In this document: positions 48,568 to 56,192 of the stretch, one piece after another | How the letters are laid out: the number at the start of each line of letters is the position of its first letter | Position numbering within the stretch: the first letter of the stretch is position 1 | Sequence record: KF055347 | Source: Escherichia phage JH2 | DNA length: 64,000 nt | Direction: 5' to 3' (one strand) | Position numbers and translations under genes: made by a program | The notes under the pieces: model-generated | Databases searched by the model: none | What the model saw: the letters and a program-made list of their open reading frames with translations, nothing else | What the model was told of the DNA's origin: nothing

Positions 48568-48829
48568 ATCTCCCATTAAATCTTTTTAGAGAACTTCTAA
48601 GAACCTAAGCAACAAGGTTCCACAACAAGCTGTAATAACCTTAGAAGCCCTCTAAAAAGACCTAAATTGGTCTTTGCATAGTCTTGTTTAATCCGGTGAC
48701 TAGAACCTTTGGAGAGCTTGATATTATCTCTTCTCCGTGACACCTACTAGGTGCTTTATCAGTGTGTACGACAATACACGAGGGATACCAAAGCAACATC
48801 CGAATGAAGCTTGGCTTTAAATCTTATTA

Positions 48830-48919
48830 GGCGGTAAGTAAAGGAGTCGAACCCTCACCGTATCTCTACAGTGGCAACAGTTTTCAAGACTGTTTGGCTG
48901 CCATTAGCCGCTACCTACC
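48830..48919 (-). tRNA. tRNA-Ser (anticodon TGA), long variable arm
   Basis: Perfect anticodon stem ACAGT/ACTGT with loop CUUGAAA; ~20-nt variable arm; CCA only partly encoded. Confidence 0.6.
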
Positions 48920-48932
48920 CCTAATAAGACTT

Positions 48933-49015
48933 TGGCATGGGACGGAGGAGTTGAACCCCTTTGAAACGGTTTTGGAGGCCGTTGCTCATGCCTTAGAGTC
49001 TTAACATCGTCCCAC
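48933..49015 (-). tRNA. tRNA-Trp (anticodon CCA), with ~7 extra nt between D-arm and acceptor
   Basis: Anticodon arm ACGGC-CUCCAAA-ACCGU; acceptor strands pair only if the gene is ~83 nt. Confidence 0.5.
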
Positions 49016-49157
49016 ACTATAATTCGAAGCTTACCGTATTTTCGCAACACTGTAAAGCCCCTTCTCAGATTATTTACATGTTCTGGAAAACATGAGATAC
49101 AGACCACCTCCTTACACGGAGACCCGATAAGGTCGTCTAAGCAATCTGCTAACTATT

Positions 49158-49234
49158 TGGCACACCCTACAGGATTCGAACCTGTAACTCAATGATTAGA
49201 AGTCATTTGCTCTGTCCAGTTGAACTAAGGGTGC
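49158..49234 (-). tRNA. tRNA-Arg (anticodon TCT)
   Basis: Perfect T-arm ACAGG/CCTGT and anticodon stem AATGA/TCATT; loop CUUCUAA. Confidence 0.7.
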
Positions 49235-49570
49235 ATTAATCTTTAAAGACTCTCTTAGAAAGCCCTTAAAGATGCCCACCTTATTAATCATACCGTGGGC
49301 GAGTACGCCAAATTCTTTGATGAGGGATTGGAAGACCTCACTGGTGTTTAGCCTATCAAGCTACTGCCAGAAAAACATTGTCGTTTGCATTTATTTTAAA
49401 TTTGCAAAATAGACGCTACGCAACGAAAACTATTCAGAATATGTACAACAAATTTCCCCACATTGTGTTACGTCTAACGCTCATGTATTGGTGTTTGAAT
49501 TATACATATTATGAAGTATTTTAGTTACTATAAAGTGGTCACATCTCAATGTCAACAACTTTATTGAAAT

Positions 49571-49645
49571 TGGTTGTAGGTGAGGGTATCGAACCCTCTT
49601 CTAACGGTTATCAGCCGTTTGCATTACCATTTATGCTAACCCACA
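49571..49645 (-). tRNA. tRNA-Ile (anticodon GAT)
   Basis: Perfect T-arm GAGGG/CCCTC and anticodon stem AACGG/CCGTT; loop CUGAUAA. Confidence 0.7.
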
Positions 49646-49647
49646 AT

Positions 49648-49724
49648 TGGAGGTTCAGATGGGAATCGAACCCACATTCATAGGGCTTATGAAACCCTTG
49701 CATTACCTTATCTGCGACTGAACC
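49648..49724 (-). tRNA. tRNA-Met (anticodon CAT)
   Basis: Perfect acceptor GGTTCAG/CTGAACC; anticodon loop UUCAUAA. Confidence 0.6.
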
Positions 49725-49728
49725 ATAT

Positions 49729-49804
49729 TGGTAGAAGTGGAGGGATTCGAACCCATCGCCTGTCAGATTAAAAGTCTGCCGCATCACCATTCTGCTACAC
49801 TTCC
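49729..49804 (-). tRNA. tRNA-Lys (anticodon TTT)
   Basis: Paralog of the tRNA at 48407 with the same atypical T-stem; anticodon loop CUUUUAA. Confidence 0.6.
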
Positions 49805-49810
49805 ATTAAA

Positions 49811-49950
49811 TTATCTTTGTAGATAAGCTACCCAGACTTGCTTAAGGTCTGTAGCGATGTGCTTTGTTGGGTTTAAATCTAGAATTTACCCTTTCACCCT
49901 TTGTGGTCGCATACTCACAGGTAAGCTTAATAACTTATCTACAAAGATAA
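49811..49950 (-). ncRNA. candidate structured ncRNA closed by a perfect 17-bp long-range stem
   Basis: TTATCTTTGTAGATAAG (49811-49827) is the exact reverse complement of CTTATCTACAAAGATAA (49934-49950), enclosing 106 nt with internal hairpins; no ORF or tRNA. Confidence 0.35.
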
Positions 49951-49953
49951 TTA

Positions 49954-50084
49954 CCAGACCGTTGTTTATCATCTTAAGTGCTACCATTACACCAACTCGA
50001 CATCTGCCGAGTGAAGGAATCGAACCTTCGCCTTTTCTTTACCGAGAAATAGATTGTTTAAGTTTTGCTGTAAACGGTCTTCTG
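49954..50084 (-). ncRNA. candidate Y RNA-like ncRNA with circularly permuted tRNA-like module (YrlA-type)
   Basis: Minus-strand RNA: closing stem CAGAAGACCGUU...AACGGUCUGG; internal canonical T-arm GAAGG-UUCGAUU-CCUUC; acceptor-like stem CUCGGC-AGAU-GUCGAG capped by a tetraloop; D-arm-like GUG-UAAUGGUAG-CAC; no anticodon arm. Confidence 0.45.
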
Positions 50085-50097
50085 TAAATTTGTTGAG

Positions 50098-50174
50098 CCA
50101 GACCAAGTTTTAAATTTTTTCAAAATTAAATTGGCTTGAAAATATCATACGTACTTGCTGAATTTGGTCTTCTG
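50098..50174 (-). ncRNA. structured intergenic element with the same closing stem (CCAGACC / GGTCTTCTG family)
   Basis: Terminal inverted repeat CCAGACCAA ... TTGGTCTTCTG as in the 49954-50084 element; AT-rich interior. Confidence 0.3.
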
Positions 50175-50261
50175 CTCCTTTAAAGAATACTCGTAAGAAC
50201 TCTTTAAGGGAGGGGCTAAATAGCCCTCTCAAAACATCATCTTGAAATACTTATTATAATT

Positions 50262-50339
50262 TGGCGGTTACGAAGGGATTTGAACCCTCATCATCTCCCG
50301 TGACAGGGGAGTATTTTAACCAGATTAAACTACATAACC
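50262..50339 (-). tRNA. tRNA-Asp (anticodon GTC)
   Basis: Perfect anticodon stem CTCCC/GGGAG; loop CUGUCAC. Confidence 0.65.
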
Positions 50340-50345
50340 TTTATT

Positions 50346-50433
50346 TGGTGTGCCGTGTAGGAGTCGAACCTACCGAGTCTCAATGACAAGGGATTTACAG
50401 TCCCCACCGCTACCATCTACGGGATAACGACAC
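50346..50433 (-). tRNA. tRNA-Tyr (anticodon GTA), long variable arm
   Basis: Perfect T-arm GTAGG/CCTAC; anticodon loop CUGUAAA; ~15-nt variable arm. Confidence 0.6.
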
Positions 50434-50493
50434 ATTTTATTTTCTATTCAGGCTAAGGACTTGCACCTTACAAATCGGTGAGCAATCGCTTCT

Positions 50494-50570
50494 CTCCTAA
50501 ATTTGGCGGTTAGTCAGGGATTCGAACCCTGTGCCATTCGCTTAACAGGCGACCGCACATACCTTATGTG
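50494..50570 (-). tRNA. tRNA-Asn (anticodon GTT)
   Basis: Perfect T-arm CAGGG/CCCTG; anticodon loop CUGUUAA. Confidence 0.65.
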
Positions 50571-50591
50571 CTTCCTAACCTTAATACATTG

Positions 50592-50651
50592 CCAGACCGT
50601 GTTTTTTCTTTTATCCGCAAAAAGTAGTTTGTTGCTGCATACGGTCTTCTG
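50592..50651 (-). ncRNA. structured intergenic element (CCAGACC / GGTCTTCTG family)
   Basis: GCCAGACCGT ... ACGGTCTTCTG terminal inverted repeat enclosing ~45 nt with an internal hairpin. Confidence 0.3.
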
Positions 50652-50657
50652 CAAAAT

Positions 50658-50733
50658 TGGAGGCGGGTGCAGGAGTCGAACCTGCCGATACCATGCTAAT
50701 GAGACATGTGAGACGCCCTTTCTCTATACCCGC
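50658..50733 (-). tRNA. tRNA with CAT anticodon (Met, initiator or Ile-lysidine type); unusual U37
   Basis: Perfect T-arm GCAGG/CCTGC, D-arm GAGA/TCTC, anticodon loop CUCAUUA. Confidence 0.5.
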
Positions 50734-50745
50734 AATTCTTAATGA

Positions 50746-50818
50746 CCAGACCAAATCTCTTCTTTGTCCGATTTATCTTCAGATGAATAAGATTAAGTTT
50801 GCTGTAATTGGTCTTCTG
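50746..50818 (-). ncRNA. structured intergenic element (CCAGACC / GGTCTTCTG family)
   Basis: CCAGACCAA ... TTGGTCTTCTG terminal inverted repeat as in the other three family members. Confidence 0.3.
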
Positions 50819-50825
50819 TCAAAAC

Positions 50826-50903
50826 TGGCGTTCCAGAAGGGATTTGAACCCTCAAATATCCACTTTGAAAGAGTGGTGACTTTACCATTTTGTCTACTGG
50901 AAC
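50826..50903 (-). tRNA. tRNA-Glu (anticodon TTC)
   Basis: Perfect anticodon stem CCACT/AGTGG with loop CUUUCAA; perfect acceptor GTTCCAG/CTGGAAC. Confidence 0.65.
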
Positions 50904-50910
50904 ATTAATT

Positions 50911-50987
50911 TGGTCTCTGTTGGAGGACTTGAACCTCCGGCCTTACCGCCCCAAACGGAACGCTCTACCAAGCTGAGCTAAACAGAG
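50911..50987 (-). tRNA. tRNA-Pro (anticodon TGG)
   Basis: Perfect T-arm GGAGG/CCTCC and perfect acceptor; anticodon loop UUUGGGG. Confidence 0.65.
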
Positions 50988-51104
50988 ATAAACTTTTCAA
51001 ACTCTATGTAACCACTTTAACATTATTTTTTAGTGGTTGTCAAGAACTTTTTTAAAATATTTTTCAGTATCTTAGAAAAGCTCTCATTTCGTTTCTATGT
51101 AGAA

Positions 51105-51133
51105 CATATTAAAGGGTATCAAACACATTGTCA
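51105..51133 (-). promoter_or_regulatory. sigma70-type promoter heading the tRNA array (TTGACA - 17 nt - TAATAT)
   Basis: Minus strand: TTGACA (plus 51128-51133), 17-nt spacer, TAATAT (plus 51105-51110); the -35 sits in the loop of an inverted repeat AGGGTAT/ATACCCT. Confidence 0.45.
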
Positions 51134-51152
51134 ATACCCTTTTTAAAACTTT

Positions 51153-52568
51153 TTACCAGATGTAACGGTCAATCATTACTGCTTTGAGCATTACGCTGAT
51201 TGGGTCAAACTTCTCACCACCAAGCAGAGCTTTTAAAGTGGCTGGAGAAAACCCTGATACCATTGCTACACCATTATCCTTAACAGACACTTCGCAAGTA
51301 CCATTACGGTTTGCTAAGTACCAGAATACTAGTTGTGGCATTTCATATCCAGCTTTTTTGTACTTACTCTGAATTGCTTCAAAGTTTGTACGACCGTTAG
51401 CTCCATCAACCTGATTGAACTCCATATCGGAGAAGATGATAAGCTTACTTGGCATATCTTTCTGAGTCAAGTTGTTTCTCTTACCTATTTCAAGAATACG
51501 GTCAAAAGCTGCTTGTAAGTTAGTTGAACCATATTCAACATGACGCATTACCTGACGATGACGGTTTCGTAAATCGCCACTCAGTTCAATGAAGTGAGGG
51601 TTTGTTGAATAAACCATTAACTCATTCTTAAAGCAGCCTGTATTGCGTTCTGCTACATACAAGGCAAGTGATACACCAATATCAAGGGCAGTGATTGAAC
51701 CAAGATTCACCCAAGACATTGAGCTTGAAACATCAGTCATACACAAGATGTTTTCACCTTCTGCCATCCAGTTTGGTAGTGCTTTCCACTGCTCATTAGC
51801 AACATCTGCATTACCATACTTAATAGATTTAATCACATCGTATGGGTAAACAGCACCAGCGTTAATCTTAGCCTCACCTTTTGAGAGTGACTCGATGTAA
51901 GCTTTGTAACGTTCCCCATCTTTACGGTTAAAGAGCTTTTGGTAACGCGCAGCAGCGAGTGAAGGAATCTTGCTGTAGTCAATCTTACCAAACTCATTAG
52001 CAGAGATTTTTTGCTCAACCGTATCAGACAGTGCAGATAACAGTGTGCGATACTCCTTCTCGCTTAAGTTTGCAAACTTACAGAAACGTTTTACAAACTG
52101 TTTGTGGCGTGGTTTTACTCGTGGTAACCACTTAGCTGCTAAACCTGCTGTTGCAGGGTCTAGTAATGCTGCTTCTAAATGTTTGAAGGCGTCTGTCTCA
52201 AAACGAGTACCTACGAAGATTTTGAAGTCATCAAAACGACCAAGCTCTGCAATCTTATCCATAATGCGAAGAACCTGTGTAGGTTCTAAAACCTTATCTT
52301 CAATCGCTTGAAGTAAAACAGTTCGGAAAGCTTTACGCTCACCCATACCTTCTCGTACATCTCGCATATGCAGTAAAATACGAACTGCAACATCAACATC
52401 CTCACGCAAAGCTTTGTAGAACAGGTCTGGTAAGATTTCTACATTGCTACGGCTTGAGCCAGCGGCTTTGTAAAAGTCTACCAGAGCAGACATTGATGAA
52501 GTATGGTTTACAGCACCATTTTCAGTTCGACCTGCATGAAGGTGCGCATGTTTAAATAACTCGCTCAT
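51153..52568 (-). CDS. Ro60/Rsr-like protein (TROVE-like helical N-domain + vWA domain with MIDAS motif)
   Basis: C-terminal vWA with MIDAS DVSSSM (human Ro60 DVSASM, recalled) and LIIFSDMEF (VFIVFTDNETF); upstream GERKAFRTVLLQAI and VYPYDVIKSIKYG resemble Ro60 TROVE segments; GAGAAGAGAG RBS. Confidence 0.55.
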   Translation of the reverse strand: MSELFKHAHLHAGRTENGAVNHTSSMSALVDFYKAAGSSRSNVEILPDLFYKALREDVDVAVRILLHMRDVREGMGERKAFRTVLLQAIEDKVLEPTQVLRIMDKIAELGRFDDFKIFVGTRFETDAFKHLEAALLDPATAGLAAKWLPRVKPRHKQFVKRFCKFANLSEKEYRTLLSALSDTVEQKISANEFGKIDYSKIPSLAAARYQKLFNRKDGERYKAYIESLSKGEAKINAGAVYPYDVIKSIKYGNADVANEQWKALPNWMAEGENILCMTDVSSSMSWVNLGSITALDIGVSLALYVAERNTGCFKNELMVYSTNPHFIELSGDLRNRHRQVMRHVEYGSTNLQAAFDRILEIGKRNNLTQKDMPSKLIIFSDMEFNQVDGANGRTNFEAIQSKYKKAGYEMPQLVFWYLANRNGTCEVSVKDNGVAMVSGFSPATLKALLGGEKFDPISVMLKAVMIDRYIW

Positions 52569-52649
52569 ATTTTACTCTCTTCTCTCATTTGTTGTTTGAT
52601 GTGACAGACTTTAGAGCAACTTTGTAGAGTCTGTCAACACCTTTTAAAA

Positions 52650-53021
52650 TTATTTTTTGAGAGTCGCTACAGCAGAGAACGTTGGTTTGTTATCTGTCTG
52701 TTGTTGACCACCATTATCAGGAGTCTTCTTAGTGTCTGCTGCAAGTGCTTTCATCTCACCTGCTGAGTGAGTAAAGATAGTTTTACCGACCTCAATCATG
52801 CTCTTGATGGTTACGTCATCTGTGTTTAACCCGAACTCTGCAAGCTTAGCAGCGTCCCTTGTAACAATCGCCTCAAACAGCTTTGCAGCGAACTCAGCAG
52901 AATTATCAATGGTCAGTTGAGCTTTTACGAGTGAGCTTTTGTTACGAGAACCTTTTGGTCTTCCAGATGGGTTACCAGACTGGCCTTTTTTAAACTGGCC
53001 TTTGTTTGTTCTGTTTTTCAT
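52650..53021 (-). CDS. putative DNA-binding protein (possible small terminase subunit)
   Basis: Basic N-terminus with GQSGNPSGRPKGSRNK, a motif common in phage small-terminase-like proteins; first gene of the rightward-region minus operon. Confidence 0.4.
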   Translation of the reverse strand: MKNRTNKGQFKKGQSGNPSGRPKGSRNKSSLVKAQLTIDNSAEFAAKLFEAIVTRDAAKLAEFGLNTDDVTIKSMIEVGKTIFTHSAGEMKALAADTKKTPDNGGQQQTDNKPTFSAVATLKK

Positions 53022-53270
53022 TGGTATGCCTCTTATAAGACCTCTTAAAAGGCTTTTAAGATAAAAGATAGATATCCAGAAAGATATCTGTTTAAATAGC
53101 CTTTTTAGAGGAACCTTTTAAGTTATCTTCTAAGTATTTATAAGCCTACACCTTGTCAAGTCCTTTGTCAACAACTTTTTTAACTTGCAATAGTTCTTGA
53201 CTTGTTGTATGGATTACTGTACCATCTTACTTAAAGCTGTAGGTCTGCCTTGTTCTACAAAGGAGACTTA

Positions 53271-53432
53271 ATGAGAAAATCAAACAACCCGAAGAAAGGT
53301 AAAAATACCAATCACTGTAAGGAATCAAAAAGGGTAGAGTTACTCTACTATTCATCCTCTGAAATTGGTCTGTACCTGTTCTTTCAAAATTACAGAAGAC
53401 AAGAGGATTATCTATGTGTAGTTCCCAATTAG
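53271..53432 (+). CDS. hypothetical small protein
   Basis: ATG after AAGGAGA; overlaps next ORF start by ~19 nt, so uncertain. Confidence 0.3.
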   Translation: MRKSNNPKKGKNTNHCKESKRVELLYYSSSEIGLYLFFQNYRRQEDYLCVVPN

Positions 53433-53647
53433 AAATCGCAGATATTATAGATTTATATAAAACTGCAAAGAGTCATGGCTATATAACCTCAATTGGAAAG
53501 AATAGTCACTACGATGCTTTGACTGGAATGTATTTCAGGGCAATGGCTCAATCTAGTGAACAACACTTAATGGTTTCTTCCAGTGAGTTTACTTCGTTTC
53601 TCTATTGCAGCAAAATCATAAATCGCAGGAGAACTGAAAAATGTTAA
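53414..53647 (+). CDS. hypothetical protein
   Basis: 77 aa ORF, GAGGA RBS. Confidence 0.4.
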   Translation: MCSSQLEIADIIDLYKTAKSHGYITSIGKNSHYDALTGMYFRAMAQSSEQHLMVSSSEFTSFLYCSKIINRRRTEKC

Positions 53648-54231
53648 CAGTAAGTTTTAATTATAATAGTGATGGCTCTGTATCAATTAATTCACCATAT
53701 GCAAATGACCTATTGAAAGAGCTAGTTAATCAGTGTGATAGAGGTCTTCACTATGTTCCAAATTCTTTCAAGCAGAAGACTATTGCCAATAACTTGATGC
53801 GTGTGACGGTTACAACATCAAACCCAAACTATGACATTGATAGTGAAAGTCCTTATTCTTTAGTGGCTCTTGGTGAATGTAGTCAATTCAAACTTGTATG
53901 CCACGACTCAGAAACATTCCTTAAGGTATTTTCAAACCTTATTCACAATAATAAGTATGGGTATGTTGATGGTAGTGCAAACTTCTATCCAGCGAACTAT
54001 ACCTGTCTGTTGATTGATAATATGAGAAGTAGCAAGCAAGAGCCTACAGAGATTTCATTTGATGTGAACTCTAGTCCAGACGCAGAAACAAGCAATAACT
54101 TTGATATGAGTTACGCATTATCACTTAGTAAGAAATCCGAGTTCATTGATTATGTCAATGGATTTGGTTTTAAGTTTGACGAGAGCATGAATCTCAAAAA
54201 GCTTAAGAACCTACTTAAGACCAAAGCTTAA
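53641..54231 (+). CDS. hypothetical protein
   Basis: 196 aa ORF with AGGAGAA RBS. Confidence 0.5.
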   Translation: MLTVSFNYNSDGSVSINSPYANDLLKELVNQCDRGLHYVPNSFKQKTIANNLMRVTVTTSNPNYDIDSESPYSLVALGECSQFKLVCHDSETFLKVFSNLIHNNKYGYVDGSANFYPANYTCLLIDNMRSSKQEPTEISFDVNSSPDAETSNNFDMSYALSLSKKSEFIDYVNGFGFKFDESMNLKKLKNLLKTKA

Positions 54232-54278
54232 GTATAAATAGGGGCTAATGCCCCTTTATCTATTTATAAGGATATTTA

Positions 54279-54650
54279 ATGAAGGCTAAGAGTGCAAAAG
54301 ACTTTTATTGCTTCCTACAATCCTATATCCACTCCGTGGAGAACGGTGAAAGATATAATCTCAACGATGTTATTGCATCACCTTTAACATGGAGAATGAG
54401 TAAATGGCCTGAAGAGGATATTACACCAACTGCCGAACAACCCACCTATAACCCAGAAATTAAACTCCCAGATTCAGATAAGTTACTATACCCAATGTTC
54501 CACATTGTTGGGCTTGGTACGTTTCTTATGGATATTCAGTATGTAATTGGTAAGGGTTATAAAGTTGAAGGTATTGTTGTTAGTGATGTGTCTCCACAGC
54601 ATAAAGACTATTTTAGATTAAACGCACGTTTAGAGGCTAAAAAGAAATGA
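54279..54650 (+). CDS. hypothetical protein (paralog of N-terminal domain of 54647..55279)
   Basis: Shares KAK..F...I..V..G.RY...PLT...WPE.DI...Y.P..K.P.SD.LLY...FM.DLQY.I..G...LNA.L.A pattern with the next gene. Confidence 0.5.
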   Translation: MKAKSAKDFYCFLQSYIHSVENGERYNLNDVIASPLTWRMSKWPEEDITPTAEQPTYNPEIKLPDSDKLLYPMFHIVGLGTFLMDIQYVIGKGYKVEGIVVSDVSPQHKDYFRLNARLEAKKK

Positions 54651-55279
54651 TTAAAGCAAAGACTTACCCAGACTTCAAAGAATTTGTGAAGGGCTTCATC
54701 GCAAATGTAAAGGCTGGTAAGAGATATGATTTTAGAACATATCAAGAAGCTATTTTACCACTCACCTATAGCTCATATTGGCCTGAAGCTGATATCGCAG
54801 AAGTTAAGAAGCTTGACTACAAACCAGACTACAAAGTCCCTTTTAGTGATGAACTCCTTTACAGTGTTGGTGCACAGATGAGGACTGCTGATTTCTTCAT
54901 GGATTTACAGTATGCAATCATCAACGGTAAAGATGTTGACACAATTTACTGTGAATGGCTGGCAAGAGTTAAACCATTCTCAATGTTGAATGCTAAGCTG
55001 AAGGCTGCTGTCAAACCACCAGCAATCACTCAGCAGCCAACCAATCAAGAAATCACTGAAGGTGACACCTTGACATTAAGTGTTGTTGCTACTGATGCAA
55101 CAGGCTATCAGTGGAAGAAGGGTGAGGAAAACATCCCAGACGCAACTGCTGCAACTTACACCAAAGAAAGTGCAACTACTACTGACGCAGGAAGCTACAC
55201 CTGTGTAGTTACTGGTGCAGGTGGCTCTGTAACGTCTAATGCAGCAACAGTTACAGTTAATCCAACAGGGGGGGTATAA
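54647..55279 (+). CDS. hypothetical protein with C-terminal Ig-like domain
   Basis: N-terminal paralog domain plus C-terminal beta-rich segment (PPAITQQPTNQEITEGDTLTLSVVATDATGYQW...SYTCVVTGAGGSVTSNAATVTV) typical of Ig-like domains. Confidence 0.5.
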   Translation: MIKAKTYPDFKEFVKGFIANVKAGKRYDFRTYQEAILPLTYSSYWPEADIAEVKKLDYKPDYKVPFSDELLYSVGAQMRTADFFMDLQYAIINGKDVDTIYCEWLARVKPFSMLNAKLKAAVKPPAITQQPTNQEITEGDTLTLSVVATDATGYQWKKGEENIPDATAATYTKESATTTDAGSYTCVVTGAGGSVTSNAATVTVNPTGGV

Positions 55280-55743
55280 TGCAACTCTCAAGAAAAGGTT
55301 TAGAAGCTATTAAGTTCTTTGAAGGTCTGAAGTTAGAGGCTTACGAAGACTCTGCCGGAATCCCAACAATCGGGTATGGTACAATCCGTATTGACGGAAA
55401 ACCTGTTAAGATGGGTATGAAAATTACTGCTGAACAAGCTGAACAGTATCTTCTCGCAGATGTTGAGAAGTTCGTTGCAGCAGTGAATAAAGCTATCAAG
55501 GTTCCAACTTCTCAGAATGAGTTCGATGCACTTGTAAGTGAAACATACAACATCGGTATCACTGCCATGCAGGATTCTACATTTATCAAGCGCCACAATG
55601 CTGGTAATAAGGTAGGTTGTGCAGAAGCTATGCAGTGGTGGAACAAGGTTACAGTCAAAGGTAAGAAGGTCACTTCAAATGGTCTGAAAAACAGACGTAG
55701 AATGGAAGCTGACATTTATCTTGACAGTGTATATCCAAAGTAA
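55279..55743 (+). CDS. endolysin, GH24 (T4 lysozyme-like) family
   Basis: Catalytic region FEGLKLEAYEDSAGIPTIGYGT (Glu ... Asp ... Thr triad spacing) and downstream NIGITAM motif. Confidence 0.85.
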   Translation: MQLSRKGLEAIKFFEGLKLEAYEDSAGIPTIGYGTIRIDGKPVKMGMKITAEQAEQYLLADVEKFVAAVNKAIKVPTSQNEFDALVSETYNIGITAMQDSTFIKRHNAGNKVGCAEAMQWWNKVTVKGKKVTSNGLKNRRRMEADIYLDSVYPK

Positions 55744-55752
55744 TATCTTCAT

Positions 55753-55780
55753 AGGCTCCTTCGGGAGCCTTTTTATTTTC
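55753..55780 (+). terminator. rho-independent terminator
   Basis: Hairpin AGGCTCC-TTCG-GGAGCCT followed by TTTTTATTTT immediately after the endolysin stop. Confidence 0.7.
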
Positions 55781-55793
55781 TAAGGAGAAAACT

Positions 55794-56192
55794 ATGAAGC
55801 TTTGGGCTAGTGACTTTGGGACTTTTAAGTACACTCGTAATGGTTCGCTTGTACGCATTATTGGAAGTAACATTGTTACAGTTGGTGATAGGGTGCATAC
55901 AATGTTCACCGTTGAGTTGGTTGAACTCTCACCTATTGAGGCTGCTAATAACGGTTTATTCAAGTTTGAAACTTACCATGTAAATGAACATGGACAGTTT
56001 AATACTCTAGGTGAAAGTGGTCTCGATATTATTTCAGAGAACCCATTGACAAGAGAGCAACTTGCAGGTTACTATAAAACCATTCTTGAAAGAACTTTGG
56101 CGACACATGAGAATGAAGCCAGATATCACATTGAAAGGTGTGAAGTTCTAAAAGCAAAAATCGAACAAGCAGAGAGAGGTTTTTATGAATAA
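55794..56192 (+). CDS. hypothetical protein
   Basis: 132 aa ORF, AAGGAGAAAA RBS. Confidence 0.5.
   Translation: MKLWASDFGTFKYTRNGSLVRIIGSNIVTVGDRVHTMFTVELVELSPIEAANNGLFKFETYHVNEHGQFNTLGESGLDIISENPLTREQLAGYYKTILERTLATHENEARYHIERCEVLKAKIEQAERGFYE

Noticed and set aside
49954-50084. Reading the element as a split or permuted functional tRNA, or as an intron-containing tRNA
   Set aside because: There is no anticodon stem-loop anywhere in the element, and the RNA ends pair with each other instead of forming an acceptor stem.
50826-50903. Opal-suppressor / tRNA-Sec reading (anticodon UCA) of this tRNA
   Set aside because: A one-nucleotide shift gives a perfect 5-bp anticodon stem (CCACT/AGTGG) with a canonical loop and anticodon UUC (Glu); the UCA register has no stem.
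45785-50908. Track ORFs overlapping tRNA genes and spacers (45785..46012, 45980..46255, 48063..48245, 48904..49107, 49857..50087, 50503..50742, 50657..50908)
   Set aside because: They coincide with cloverleaf-forming tRNA genes or structured spacers, lack RBSs, and several lie on the strand opposite the tRNA transcripts.
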